DNA of 63,202 nt, counting the filler, from an uncultured Myxococcia bacterium (GTDB lineage: Bacteria > CAZTWC01), in the NCBI GenBank assembly GCA_964617105.1. It is 10 parts of 10 records of this genome, joined end to end, with 100 filler letters (N's around TTAATTAATTAA, not from the genome) between each part and the next. Parts side by side here need not be neighbours in the genome. Positions count along the whole stretch, not along the records: positions 1 to 6,348 come from CAZTWC010000226.1; positions 6,449 to 12,781 come from CAZTWC010000227.1; 8 more parts are not named here. One strand, written 5' to 3'. Positions 1 through 9,356 of the stretch are shown here, piece by piece. The notes under the pieces were generated by a model. The model was not told the DNA's origin. It saw nothing but the letters and a program-made list of their open reading frames with translations, and did no database searches. Numbering within the stretch: position 1 is the stretch's first letter; every line of letters begins with the position of its first letter. Both the position numbers and the translations under genes were made by a program.

Positions 1-1853
1 AACTCTTCCAGGTCTTTGAACAATTCGTTGACACACTCCACCTCTGTACCATCTAATGTGCAAGTAAAAGAGCCATTAGAGCACAGATCGTTGTCCGCAC
101 CGTCACACATCTGTCCCAATTTGGGCCAATCTTCGTCGATCTCTCCATCACAATCGTTATCTTTGCTGTCACAGGTTTCAATGATCGGTTCCGGAGCAGT
201 ACAGTCTTTCCACTCTCCGCTGTCACACACCTCTTGGCCACCACCACAGGTGCCGTATTGATTGGTTTTACTGCAGGCTCTGGTGGTGAGTCCTTCGTCC
301 ACCTCCTCATCGCAATCGTTATCCTGTCCGTCGCAATCCTCCTCCTGGGCTTCTATAGCATTACAGTCAACCCACTGGCCCTCTTTGCAAAATTCCACCC
401 CAAAGCATTTGCCAAAACTATTCTGTTTGCGACAGGGCCGTTCTAAATATTCATCAGTGGCGCCATCACAGTCGTTATCTAATCCATCACATATCTCGGG
501 TTGGGCATCCGACGCATCGCAATCAGCCCAGCCTTTTTTCCCGTCCGGTAATACTGCACACTTGGCCTGTCCCTTGCACTGACCAAATTCGTTTTTGCTA
601 AAACATTCCTTTAAAGATTCTTCATCCACCTGGCCGTCACAATCATTATCCTGACCATCGCACTCCTCAAATGAAGGTGTCTGAGCCCCGCAGATCATCC
701 CCCAACTGCTGTCAGCCAATTGACCGCATTGCTCCTGCCCGGCGCAGGTGCCATAATTGTTGCTCTTCTGGCAGGACTTACCAGTTAAACCTTCATCTGT
801 AGTGCCATCACAGTTGTCATCCTGGCTGTTACAAATCTCCTCCATAGGTTCTGTGGCAGAACAAGTGTCCCACTGGCCGCTTCCCAGGCAGAACTTAATC
901 CCCAGACAGGTACCATGCTGATTGGAAGACTCGCATTGCGACTCAATCTTTCCCTCATCGGTTTCACCATCGCAGTCATTGTCCAGATTATCACAACTTT
1001 CAGCTGCCGGTTCCTTAGCATCACAGCCAGTCCAGCCTTTATAGCCGTTACAAGTTTCGGTCCCCAGGCAAACCCCAAACTTATTACTCCGTTGGCATTT
1101 TCTGTGCTCTCCCTGGTTACTCACGCTGCAACCGCAATTATTAGAGGCTGGCAGGCACTGTTTTCCCTGCAGAGAACCATCGTGATTATGAACCTGAGTA
1201 CAAAGATATCCCTCTGGACACTCCTCCACCGAACAGTCAAAACTGCAAAAGTTGCCATCAGAAAGGTGAACACAAAAATCTCCACCTACATTGCAGTCCT
1301 GGTTGTTGAAACAAGTGGAACACAACCCCTGCTGGTGAGCAATACAGACCTGCTTCTCCTTCTGGTCAACAACATCAGTCACACTCTTACAACGATAACC
1401 GGAGGGGCAATCAGCCTTTTGGCATTCCCGGGTGCAAACTGAATCATTGGAGGGAAGATTAAAACAAAGTCCATCGATACATTGACTATCTGCTTGGCAT
1501 TTCTCCCCTATCTTTATATCAGCGGTACCTACAATTTCTTCATCACCACCCTCTTGAATAACGCCGCCGTCCGCATCATCCTGGGTAACCTCTCCAGCGG
1601 AATCATCGCCAGGATATCCATCCCCGCCATCTTTTTCAGCGTCACCTTTAGACTGATCATCTTTCTGGCCTGCCTGCTCACCGCCATCAGCATCTACCAC
1701 CTCATCCATATCTCCAACTTCTTCATAGCTGCCCGACGAGCCAACCGGCCCCTCCTCTCCACAACGCCACGAAAACAACACCATTAAAAGTATCGATAGC
1801 AGCCATACAGTCCTGGCCCAAACCATCATAAATTTATTTTTTTTCTTATCCAT
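1..1853 (-). CDS. Cys-rich surface lipoprotein with repeated DNDCDG (putative metal-binding, MopE-related) motifs; 3'-partial, absent from the ORF track
   Basis: Manual translation from ATG 1853 gives MDKKKNKFMMVWARTVWLLSILLMVLFSWRCGEE (signal plus Cys), an acidic D/E/G linker, then about six CD-x2-DNDCDG-x2-DE-type repeats; the same frame is open at position 1. Confidence 0.85.
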   Translation of the reverse strand, partial: MDKKKNKFMMVWARTVWLLSILLMVLFSWRCGEEGPVGSSGSYEEVGDMDEVVDADGGEQAGQKDDQSKGDAEKDGGDGYPGDDSAGEVTQDDADGGVIQEGGDEEIVGTADIKIGEKCQADSQCIDGLCFNLPSNDSVCTRECQKADCPSGYRCKSVTDVVDQKEKQVCIAHQQGLCSTCFNNQDCNVGGDFCVHLSDGNFCSFDCSVEECPEGYLCTQVHNHDGSLQGKQCLPASNNCGCSVSNQGEHRKCQRSNKFGVCLGTETCNGYKGWTGCDAKEPAAESCDNLDNDCDGETDEGKIESQCESSNQHGTCLGIKFCLGSGQWDTCSATEPMEEICNSQDDNCDGTTDEGLTGKSCQKSNNYGTCAGQEQCGQLADSSWGMICGAQTPSFEECDGQDNDCDGQVDEESLKECFSKNEFGQCKGQAKCAVLPDGKKGWADCDASDAQPEICDGLDNDCDGATDEYLERPCRKQNSFGKCFGVEFCKEGQWVDCNAIEAQEEDCDGQDNDCDEEVDEGLTTRACSKTNQYGTCGGGQEVCDSGEWKDCTAPEPIIETCDSKDNDCDGEIDEDWPKLGQMCDGADNDLCSNGSFTCTLDGTEVECVNELFKDLEE

Positions 1854-2060
1854 CTACGAGTTCCTAGCAAAGGTTGTGTAGTATTTCAATTTTGATTTTT
1901 ATTCTATCATATTTTCTATACAGTCTCAAATCAGACAATTTACCTATACCCCAATGCCTGGAGGTAGGGGGTTTACGGCGAAATTTTGGTAAAAATTTGA
2001 CACCACCCAAAAACGATTGTTAAATTATAGTAACAATGTATAAAAAAGGGGGTAATTATT

Positions 2061-2339
2061 ATGAGCGGACATTCACTTAGACAATTTGATCGCTTGGACA
2101 GCCAGTTCAAAGTGTTGGTTGCCAGCGACCAGGAATCATTTGAAACCGTGGGATTGAATATAAGTCCCGATGGAATATTCATGGCTGATCCGAAAAATCG
2201 CCTGCGGGAAAATATCTTTGAAATTAACCTCTTTGTTTATAATCGTCAAAACCCGGCCCGCTTTATGGTGGAAAAATTACACCAGTCCACTTACCAGGGA
2301 GTCGATGGCTGGGGCCTGAAGTTTTTACAGCCCTGTTGA
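2061..2339 (+). CDS. Stand-alone PilZ-domain protein
   Basis: RQFDR (RxxxR) and NISPDG (D/NxSxxG) c-di-GMP-binding motifs, C-terminal GWGLKF. Confidence 0.75.
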   Translation: MSGHSLRQFDRLDSQFKVLVASDQESFETVGLNISPDGIFMADPKNRLRENIFEINLFVYNRQNPARFMVEKLHQSTYQGVDGWGLKFLQPC

Positions 2340-2564
2340 TCTCCTCCGTTCTCTCCACAGGCTTGATATCCGGTGGAACTCAACCCTCGATTTTTTATCA
2401 AATCCTCAGATTTTTGAAAACTTGCAACTTTTGTATCCAAAAACCGATTTTCAGGTGTCTATTATTTAAAGGGTGGAAAGCTATTGAAATTTTTTAAATT
2501 TCTCCTTAAACCCTCCCTTTAGACAACTATATGACTTGGCTATAATATGGCCATTATGGCTCTA

Positions 2565-2580
2565 TGGCATATAGTTTGCA
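2565..2580 (+). promoter_or_regulatory. sigma54 -24/-12 promoter match
   Basis: TGGCATATAGTTTGCA: GG-N10-GC matching TGGCA-N6-TTGCA. Confidence 0.45.
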
Positions 2581-2728
2581 CTATTCTTTTACCTATGGCT
2601 GCTTTTATGGGACTAGCCGGTGAGAAACTTTGCCATTTAATTTCAGGCACTTTAAATGTTTCCTCAATTTAACCAGTTGGGTAAAGTGATTCTGTGATAA
2701 TTTAGCATCCTCTTTTCCGACAGTCTGC

Positions 2729-4537
2729 TTAAAAGCGGCCTTTTTCTGGAGCATATCCTGCTCCTTGACACCCACCACTTCCTATTACGCTGTTTGATTC
2801 TCCCGGTGTTCCCCCTTTAACCTTTGAAGCAGACCAGTTACAGGCCCGGTCTCCCGCAGATGGAAAGATCATCTCCCGGCTTAACCCTTTAGAAATTTGA
2901 GCAGACCAGTTGTGATAAGATCCCTTCAACTCCTTTTTTTCCCCGGACCATAATTTTATTATTTCGCCATCATTTTTTAACCCTCGATTCAATAAAACCT
3001 TTTCGCCGGCCACCCATACCGGGACGCCAGGAGGAATTGCCTGTATGGCTCTATCCCTATCGTTTTTGCTCACCACCAAACCATAACCCCTGCCATTTAA
3101 AAGTATCTTATTATTTACGTCACTCTCCAATGAGAAACTAAAATTGGAACTACCACTATCCTGAATTATCCAACCGCTCATATCAATATCTGAATATCCA
3201 TAATTAAAAAGTTCTATAAATTCAAATTGTTCCTCCAAAGGGGCGAAAAGAATCTCGTTCACCACCAATCGGGAACCAAAAGAATCAAATTTACCCATTT
3301 TGCGTAAGGAGGGCAAACCACAAAGATCAAAAACCACCAACTCATATTGATATATAAAATTGGGTTTTATCTCTTCAATTTTAATTTCGGTTTTTATCCC
3401 CTCTGCTTGAATTTTTTCAACCATCTGATCTCGATAAATATTTTTCTCTATCCAGCGACTGCCCCTTTTATAAACCCGATATTGGAAAAGAATCCGGGAG
3501 AGATTTTCACTTGTTTCCAGAATAAAATGGACATAGCGCTGCTCATAAACACTACTCACTTCCTTAACAACCGGCTCAATTGTATCCTCTTGCCCAACCA
3601 TAAAAGGTAATCGCGCCTGGCCAAGATCTACATTTTCAGGTTTATCTCCCCTTCTCCTGACCGGCCATCCTGCTTCATCCATTATTGCTCCATTAAACAC
3701 CAACAGGCAATTTTCCTGGGTAAATAATTGCTGGCCGGGAAAAATCTCTGCCGAGAGCAAACCTGTATCAGAACCTTGCTCAGACCGGTTTTCTTTAATG
3801 TAGAAGGGGAGTTCTTGACCGTTACAAAATAATTTTACCTCTTTTTGCAAATCACCAAAAACCGGTTCACTAAAATAAAAAGGGATACCGGTTTGAAGGT
3901 TAGAAGCCACCTCTACGGTTTCCTGGTTACTCAACCAAACCATTGGTGATGATACATCCTGTAGTTTCAGTTTATAGACAAAATCTGCCTTCTGGCAAAA
4001 AGGATTTGATAAATTCTTCCTGTTGTCATTCTCTACATAGGAGGAAATAAGATTGCCAGCCAGAGGGTTGCCGGCCAGATCCCTTAAATTTTTTGATAAG
4101 AGAAGATAATAAGTGGTAAAATCATCTAATTTTATTGGAACAAATTTAAAAGTAGTACCCCTCTCACCAGGAAGCCACTCTCCCTGAACCTTTTTTCCTC
4201 TAAGATTTGCCTTCAGGGGCGGATGGGCAAAATCAGCAACCAGTCCAGAAGAATATTCCCCCTCCTCAAATAGGGCAAAGTGATCCTGGGCCCAATTTGA
4301 TAGTTCAAAATCCATGGGTTCAGAAAAAACAATTTCCAGCCAAAAGTTTCGGGCTCCCCGGGAGGGATCGGCCAGGCGTATCTCTTTTACTATTGGAGAA
4401 ACCGCATCAATATCACTACCAGTTATTTGTTCACACGCCCGGCCATCAGCATCAACCGCGGAAAAATCCAGGCACCCGGCAACTAATACCCCAAATAGAC
4501 AAACAACAATTGGGCAATAAAACAGTTTGAATCTCAT
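2729..4537 (-). CDS. Lipoprotein with Ig-like (Big_5-type) domains and a C-terminal lamin-tail domain
   Basis: Lipobox VAGC; FSEPMD and LRDLAGNPL Ig-like motifs; VVNEILFAP..FEFIELFN..IDMSGWII and GTPGESNS lamin-tail motifs. Confidence 0.75.
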   Translation of the reverse strand: MRFKLFYCPIVVCLFGVLVAGCLDFSAVDADGRACEQITGSDIDAVSPIVKEIRLADPSRGARNFWLEIVFSEPMDFELSNWAQDHFALFEEGEYSSGLVADFAHPPLKANLRGKKVQGEWLPGERGTTFKFVPIKLDDFTTYYLLLSKNLRDLAGNPLAGNLISSYVENDNRKNLSNPFCQKADFVYKLKLQDVSSPMVWLSNQETVEVASNLQTGIPFYFSEPVFGDLQKEVKLFCNGQELPFYIKENRSEQGSDTGLLSAEIFPGQQLFTQENCLLVFNGAIMDEAGWPVRRRGDKPENVDLGQARLPFMVGQEDTIEPVVKEVSSVYEQRYVHFILETSENLSRILFQYRVYKRGSRWIEKNIYRDQMVEKIQAEGIKTEIKIEEIKPNFIYQYELVVFDLCGLPSLRKMGKFDSFGSRLVVNEILFAPLEEQFEFIELFNYGYSDIDMSGWIIQDSGSSNFSFSLESDVNNKILLNGRGYGLVVSKNDRDRAIQAIPPGVPVWVAGEKVLLNRGLKNDGEIIKLWSGEKKELKGSYHNWSAQISKGLSREMIFPSAGDRACNWSASKVKGGTPGESNSVIGSGGCQGAGYAPEKGRF

Positions 4538-4555
4538 ACTACTTATCCTTTTAAG

Positions 4556-5323
4556 TCAAAAGTTTCTGACCTTCAGTTTTTTAGATGCTCTACTAAAATA
4601 TCCCCCGGTCAGGCCATCTAAAATTGCGGTTAGTTCTGCCAATTTAATCCGCTCATTGAGATTAGATTTAAAATGATTAAATTTATTGATCTTGATATTA
4701 GCCTTTATCCGCAAGCGCTCAAAATAGGTCTGATTTACCCGGATCAGCAACTTGTCTCTAACATAATACATCCCCAACGCCTGACGATTTACCATCAACT
4801 GGTTGCGGTTAAATACTACCTGATCCAACTGCCAAGTAGCCCTTAACTCATAGAGCATATCAAAGTCTGTACTCCTCTGGTCAGTAGGTGCCTCTCCTCC
4901 CCGAAGAGTATAATTTCGGTCATCCTCCTGCCGGGTGATCAAACGCACCCTGAATTCGGGCAACCAGGCAGCCTTCCCTGCTCTTTTCATCCAATCTGTC
5001 ACTTTTTCAGGGTTTACTTGAGCATATTTCAAAGCTTCCTGCTGGAGATCGTTAATTCCAGGCTCACCCTGTTTCAGTTTATTTATCATTAAATCTGCCA
5101 TTTTATTATCCTGCCTGACCAATCTTGCCTTTAATTGCTTTTTTTGTTTATTTAGGCCAATTTCCCTATCCATTTTCTCTGTCAATGCCAGCGATTTAAC
5201 CGAGCGTCTTCCTTTGCCTCTTCCTGAAAATGTTGGGTAGTCCGCCCATACACAAACTTCATATAAACAAAGAAAAAAAACAATTGAGGTAATGGCAGTT
5301 TTCATTATGATTATCCCCTTCAT
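4556..5323 (-). CDS. Exported hypothetical protein, possibly TolC/OEP-like
   Basis: 255-aa ORF with signal-like N-terminus and WLPEFRV...ATWQLDQVVFN segment followed by coiled helices. Confidence 0.6.
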   Translation of the reverse strand: MKGIIIMKTAITSIVFFLCLYEVCVWADYPTFSGRGKGRRSVKSLALTEKMDREIGLNKQKKQLKARLVRQDNKMADLMINKLKQGEPGINDLQQEALKYAQVNPEKVTDWMKRAGKAAWLPEFRVRLITRQEDDRNYTLRGGEAPTDQRSTDFDMLYELRATWQLDQVVFNRNQLMVNRQALGMYYVRDKLLIRVNQTYFERLRIKANIKINKFNHFKSNLNERIKLAELTAILDGLTGGYFSRASKKLKVRNF

Positions 5324-5784
5324 TTATTGCTCTCTAAATGAGTTTTTACCAACTCAAGTGATATTATATCTGATAAATATCCCTCTATATCGGCATATCT
5401 ATTTTCTTTTAATCGATTCTTCAGAGCCTTCTGCTCTCCATGCAGTTTAATTAACCATAGATTCTTCTCTCGTCTATATTGGTGCTTTCTCACCTGTTCC
5501 TGTTGCCATAACAATCTTAAAGAATTAAATATAATTTTTTTCAGATCCCAAAGCAGAAAAGTTTCATAGAGCAATCTGAAGTCTTTCTGCCGCCCATAAA
5601 CGCCAGGTAACATCTGGCTCTCCACTCCCTTTCGCATATAAACCCGCATCTCTATCCGCGGCAACAAAGGCCCCCAGGATACCAGATCCGGCTGCCAATA
5701 GGCATGACTATAGCCCTGACTCAGCCAATGAACCACAAAAACGCAAAAGAATATTGTCAATTTATAAGCACAGTTATGGTACAC
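5320..5784 (-). CDS. Exported hypothetical protein, apparent short paralogue of 4556..5323
   Basis: LLPRIEMRV...LLWDLKKIIFN resembles the downstream gene; 4-nt ATGA overlap. Confidence 0.55.
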   Translation of the reverse strand: MYHNCAYKLTIFFCVFVVHWLSQGYSHAYWQPDLVSWGPLLPRIEMRVYMRKGVESQMLPGVYGRQKDFRLLYETFLLWDLKKIIFNSLRLLWQQEQVRKHQYRREKNLWLIKLHGEQKALKNRLKENRYADIEGYLSDIISLELVKTHLESNK

Positions 5785-5853
5785 CGGTAAATGCCCTTAT
5801 CCACAAAAATCAATACCAGTCTATAAATACTAAATCTTCATCTTGTGGTTTTA

Positions 5854-5869
5854 TTCAATTACTGTGCCA
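5854..5869 (-). promoter_or_regulatory. Variant sigma54 promoter upstream of the 5784-2729 operon
   Basis: Minus strand TGGCACAGTAATTGAA: perfect TGGCAC -24 box, but -12 is GA rather than GC. Confidence 0.35.
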
Positions 5870-6062
5870 ATACATACTGCGGCTCGAAAATAGTTTGGTG
5901 GGATTCAGACTATGAAGGGTGACTTCGCGCAAAGGAAACACATCATGGTTCATAAAGCAATAACAAGCGTATGGGAAAGGGCTAATTGTGTAGTAATTTG
6001 AACAGAGTGTCCGGACAGATCCGGACACTACATGATTTGCTATGAAAGTAATTTAGAAAAAA

Positions 6063-6323
6063 TCACTTAATTTTATTTAACTTATCGACAATCTTATTTT
6101 TTAAAGCATTACGAGTAAAATATCTTTCATAGGTGGCCGCTTGAATATCACGCAACCGATTTTCCATCTCCTGAGAGATATTTTCATTTTTCAAGGACAA
6201 GTCACCTTCCAGGCTTAAACCGTGTCTCATCCTGACCACATTTTGCTCTGTAGTGGTTAAATTGTGCTCTTTATTTAGTCTTGCCTCGACATCTTCTTTT
6301 AGCAATACTTTTTCATTTGCCAT
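6063..6323 (-). CDS. Small protein with a sigma70 region-4-like segment
   Basis: LTTTEQNVVRMRHGL resembles sigma70 region 4.1 LTxREx2VIRLRFGL; start at 6323 or 6341. Confidence 0.55.
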   Translation of the reverse strand: MANEKVLLKEDVEARLNKEHNLTTTEQNVVRMRHGLSLEGDLSLKNENISQEMENRLRDIQAATYERYFTRNALKNKIVDKLNKIK

Positions 6324-6348
6324 AGTTTTAACACCAGCCATCTTGAGT

Positions 6349-6448
6349 NNNNNNNNNNNNNNNNNNNNNNNNNNNNNNNNNNNNNNNNNNNNTTAATTAA
6401 TTAANNNNNNNNNNNNNNNNNNNNNNNNNNNNNNNNNNNNNNNNNNNN
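6349..6448. other. Artificial contig linker; also at 12782-12881, 19158-19257, 25512-25611, 31844-31943, 38156-38255, 44425-44524, 50694-50793 and 56954-57053
   Basis: Identical 100-nt N-run/TTAATTAATTAA (six-frame stop)/N-run spacers between size-sorted contigs. Confidence 0.98.
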
Positions 6449-6505
6449 TATGAAAGTCAGAATAGACGCCGAATTTTCTGAGAGTTAGGATGCATAGAAG
6501 AACAT

Positions 6506-7408
6506 ATGACCCTCAAGCCCAATTTGTCTTTTTTGCAGGATCGATTTCTTTCCTATTTAAAAATTGAGCGCAATCGCGCTGATAACACCCTGATAAACTA
6601 CCGGCGTGATCTAAGCAAACTCTTCTCTTTTTTAAGGAATAATTCTATTCATTCGGTAGAATTGGTGGACAATACCCATCTGGAGAAATTTTTTAAACAA
6701 CAGGTTAGTCTAAAATATTCTAGCGCCACCCGGGCCCGTCTTACCACCACCTTGCGTCACTTTTTCAAATATCTTTTGCGAGAAAAGATAATCGTCAACA
6801 ATCCCACTACTTTTCTGGAGTTACCGCGGTTGGAGCGAAAACTGCCGCAAATATTGACTCAAGAAGAGGTGGAACTCCTCTTGTCCGCCCCTGGTGATAC
6901 CGTATTGGCCCAAAGAGATAAAGCCATGTTGGAGTTTTTATACGCCACCGGAACCAGGGTAAGCGAATTGGTTGGCTTGCATATAAATGACCTGGACCTG
7001 TTACGCGGATTGGTGCTGATTACTGGAAAAAGAGGTAAACAGCGATTGGTGCCCCTGGGAAATTCCTGTCTGGAGCACCTGAAAGTCTACCTGAATTCTT
7101 CCCGGCGAGAGATTTTATCTAAAAAAAATAGCAATTATCTGTTTGTAAATAAATTTGGTAACCAGATGAGCCGGCAAGGATTTTGGAAAAACATCAAGCG
7201 TTATGCTTTGGTAGCCGGTATCAGCAAAGATATAACTCCCCACAAACTGCGCCACTCTTTTGCCACTCACTTGTTGGAAAACGGGGCGGATCTCCGCTCA
7301 ATTCAAATGATGCTGGGCCACTCTGACCTGTCCACCACCCAAATCTATACCCACCTGTCCAAAGAGAAACTTCAACAGATTCATCAGGAATGCCATCCCC
7401 GGGGATAG
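6506..7408 (+). CDS. xerD: Site-specific tyrosine recombinase XerD
   Basis: LYATGTRVSELV, GKRGKQRLVP, MSRQGFWK, TPHKLRHSFATHLLENGADLR, LGHSDLSTTQIYTH. Confidence 0.92.
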   Translation: MTLKPNLSFLQDRFLSYLKIERNRADNTLINYRRDLSKLFSFLRNNSIHSVELVDNTHLEKFFKQQVSLKYSSATRARLTTTLRHFFKYLLREKIIVNNPTTFLELPRLERKLPQILTQEEVELLLSAPGDTVLAQRDKAMLEFLYATGTRVSELVGLHINDLDLLRGLVLITGKRGKQRLVPLGNSCLEHLKVYLNSSRREILSKKNSNYLFVNKFGNQMSRQGFWKNIKRYALVAGISKDITPHKLRHSFATHLLENGADLRSIQMMLGHSDLSTTQIYTHLSKEKLQQIHQECHPRG

Positions 7409-7523
7409 TGTCCATCCGAAAACTTTGATCCCCAAAAAAATCTTATATTATATGTATTGCAGTTTTACCCAATAAATGCTAAATAGTGACCATCCGGAAA
7501 GTGAACTATAAGGATATTAATGT

Positions 7524-8162
7524 ATGGATGTAATTTTACGAGCCGCTTTTGCCTTTGGCATCGTTATTCTGGCTGTTACTGTGCACGAATACGCTCACGC
7601 CTGGGTGGCTTATCGGCTGGGAGATGACACTGCCAAAATGCAGGGGCGTTTGACCCTCAATCCCATCTCTCATATCGATCTATTCGGCACCATCATCCTG
7701 CCAATTTTGCTTTACCTGATGCTTAACACTACTTTTGGCTGGGCTAAGCCGGTGCCAATCAATCCGGCCCGTTTCCGGCGCAATATTCCTTTAAAAAAAG
7801 CAATGCTTTTAACTGCGGTGGCAGGTCCTCTGTCAAATTTGATTTTTGCCATTATTATGGGACTGCTGATAAGAGTGACCATTACCTATTTTCCCGAGTA
7901 TAACGGTCTGTTGAAGATTGCTCACAGGCTGTTGGTTATCAATGTAGCTCTGGCGGTTTTTAACATGCTTCCTGTTCCGCCCCTGGATGGCAGCAAAGTG
8001 TTAATGGGGATTTTACCAGACAACTACTTCCATGTGCTGGAGGTAATGGAGCGCTACTCTATCCTGTTTTTATTGTTTATTTTTTATTTTGGCTGGCGGA
8101 TTATCGAAATTCCATATACTTTTATTATTAAAACAATATACTACCTGGTGGGGTTGGGATAA
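7524..8162 (+). CDS. Site-2 protease (M50) family membrane metalloprotease
   Basis: HEYAH, GRLTLNP, AGPLSN, FNMLPVPPLDG motifs. Confidence 0.92.
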   Translation: MDVILRAAFAFGIVILAVTVHEYAHAWVAYRLGDDTAKMQGRLTLNPISHIDLFGTIILPILLYLMLNTTFGWAKPVPINPARFRRNIPLKKAMLLTAVAGPLSNLIFAIIMGLLIRVTITYFPEYNGLLKIAHRLLVINVALAVFNMLPVPPLDGSKVLMGILPDNYFHVLEVMERYSILFLLFIFYFGWRIIEIPYTFIIKTIYYLVGLG

Positions 8163-8207
8163 AATTAACTGCAAAGAGATTGAGGCCAAGATTGGCCAGT
8201 AAAAATT

Positions 8208-8927
8208 ATGAATGAGAGACTGCAAAAAGTTATAGCCAGAACCGGTTTTTGTTCCCGCCGCAAGGCAGAAGAGTTTATCCGGCAGCAAAAGGTAAAGGTG
8301 AATGGCAAGATAGCCACCATCGGGCAAAAAGTAGATGCTGACCGGGATATAATCATGGTGGGGAAAAAACGGCTAACAATGCCCGATAAGATGTATTATC
8401 TACTTCTAAATAAACCCAGGGGATACTTGTGTACCCTGGATGATCCGCAAAATCGGCATTTGGTGGGTGAGTTGGTAACTGGTATCCAAACCAGGCTTTT
8501 TCCGGTGGGGCGGCTGGACTACAACAGTGAAGGGTTGTTGATTATGACCAATGACGGTGATTTCGCCCAGCGGGTGCTTCATCCATCCAATCATTTGGCC
8601 AGAGTCTACCATGTAAAAATACAAGGAAAAGTTACTGAAGATGAGTTGTTGCCTTTATTACAAGGAGTTGAAGAAAGCGGGGAGCTGTTACAGGCTAAAG
8701 GGGTGGATGTTGCCAACTATACTGCTCAAAATACCTGGGTGGAGGTAACTCTGACCCAGGGTAAAACTCGTCAAATAAGGCGGATGTGGGATGTGTTGGG
8801 CCGTAGCGTGCTTAAACTGAAACGGATCAGGTTCGGTACTCTGGAACTGGGGCGTTTAGGGTCAGGCAAGTTCAGGAATTTGACCTGGGATGAGCGCAAA
8901 GAGTTGTTGGCCTCAGCAGATTTATAA
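8208..8927 (+). CDS. rluB: rRNA pseudouridine synthase (RluB/RsuA family)
   Basis: S4 domain [14 protein letters not shown]; catalytic [12 protein letters not shown]. Confidence 0.85.
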   Translation: MNERLQKVIARTGFCSRRKAEEFIRQQKVKVNGKIATIGQKVDADRDIIMVGKKRLTMPDKMYYLLLNKPRGYLCTLDDPQNRHLVGELVTGIQTRLFPVGRLDYNSEGLLIMTNDGDFAQRVLHPSNHLARVYHVKIQGKVTEDELLPLLQGVEESGELLQAKGVDVANYTAQNTWVEVTLTQGKTRQIRRMWDVLGRSVLKLKRIRFGTLELGRLGSGKFRNLTWDERKELLASADL

Positions 8928-8941
8928 AGGAAAGAGCATTT

Positions 8942-9355
8942 ATGTCAGAATCGAATAGAAAGATACGGGTGTTAGTAGCCAAACCAGGGCTTGATGGGCA
9001 TGATCGTGGAGCCAAGGTAGTTTCCAGGGCGCTGCGCGATGCTGGTTTCGAAGTGATTTATACTGGATTGCACCAGACTCCGGAGATGATCGTCAATACC
9101 GCCCTGCAAGAGGACGTTGATGCTATTGGGCTTTCAATTATGTCGGGGGCTCACAAACGCTTGATGCCCGAGGTGACTGAGCTGCTGTCCAAAAGCGGGG
9201 CAGAAGATATTGCGGTTTTTGGCGGCGGCATCATACCTGAAGATGATATTCCTTACCTGATGGCGAGGGGAGTAAAAAAGGTTTTTCGGCCCGGTACGCC
9301 TTTAAAAGAGATAATTCGGTTTATGGAAAGTATCAAGACTGAAAAGGAGGGGTAG
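8942..9355 (+). CDS. Acyl-CoA mutase cobalamin-binding small subunit
   Basis: [14 protein letters not shown] (DxHxxG) and GGGIIP motifs. Confidence 0.93.
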   Translation: MSESNRKIRVLVAKPGLDGHDRGAKVVSRALRDAGFEVIYTGLHQTPEMIVNTALQEDVDAIGLSIMSGAHKRLMPEVTELLSKSGAEDIAVFGGGIIPEDDIPYLMARGVKKVFRPGTPLKEIIRFMESIKTEKEG

Positions 9356-9356
9356 A

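Noticed and set aside
16-1787. Several plus-strand ORFs in the track
   Set aside because: Antisense shadows of the long minus-strand Cys-rich gene
6349-6448. Recurrent TTAATTAATTAA motif every ~6.3 kb
   Set aside because: Artificial six-frame-stop linker inside N runs; ORF tails ending X...LIN are artefacts and cross-linker adjacency is meaningless
6506-7408. Tyrosine recombinase as a prophage or island integrase
   Set aside because: Typical XerD motifs in a housekeeping context (site-2 protease, pseudouridine synthase)
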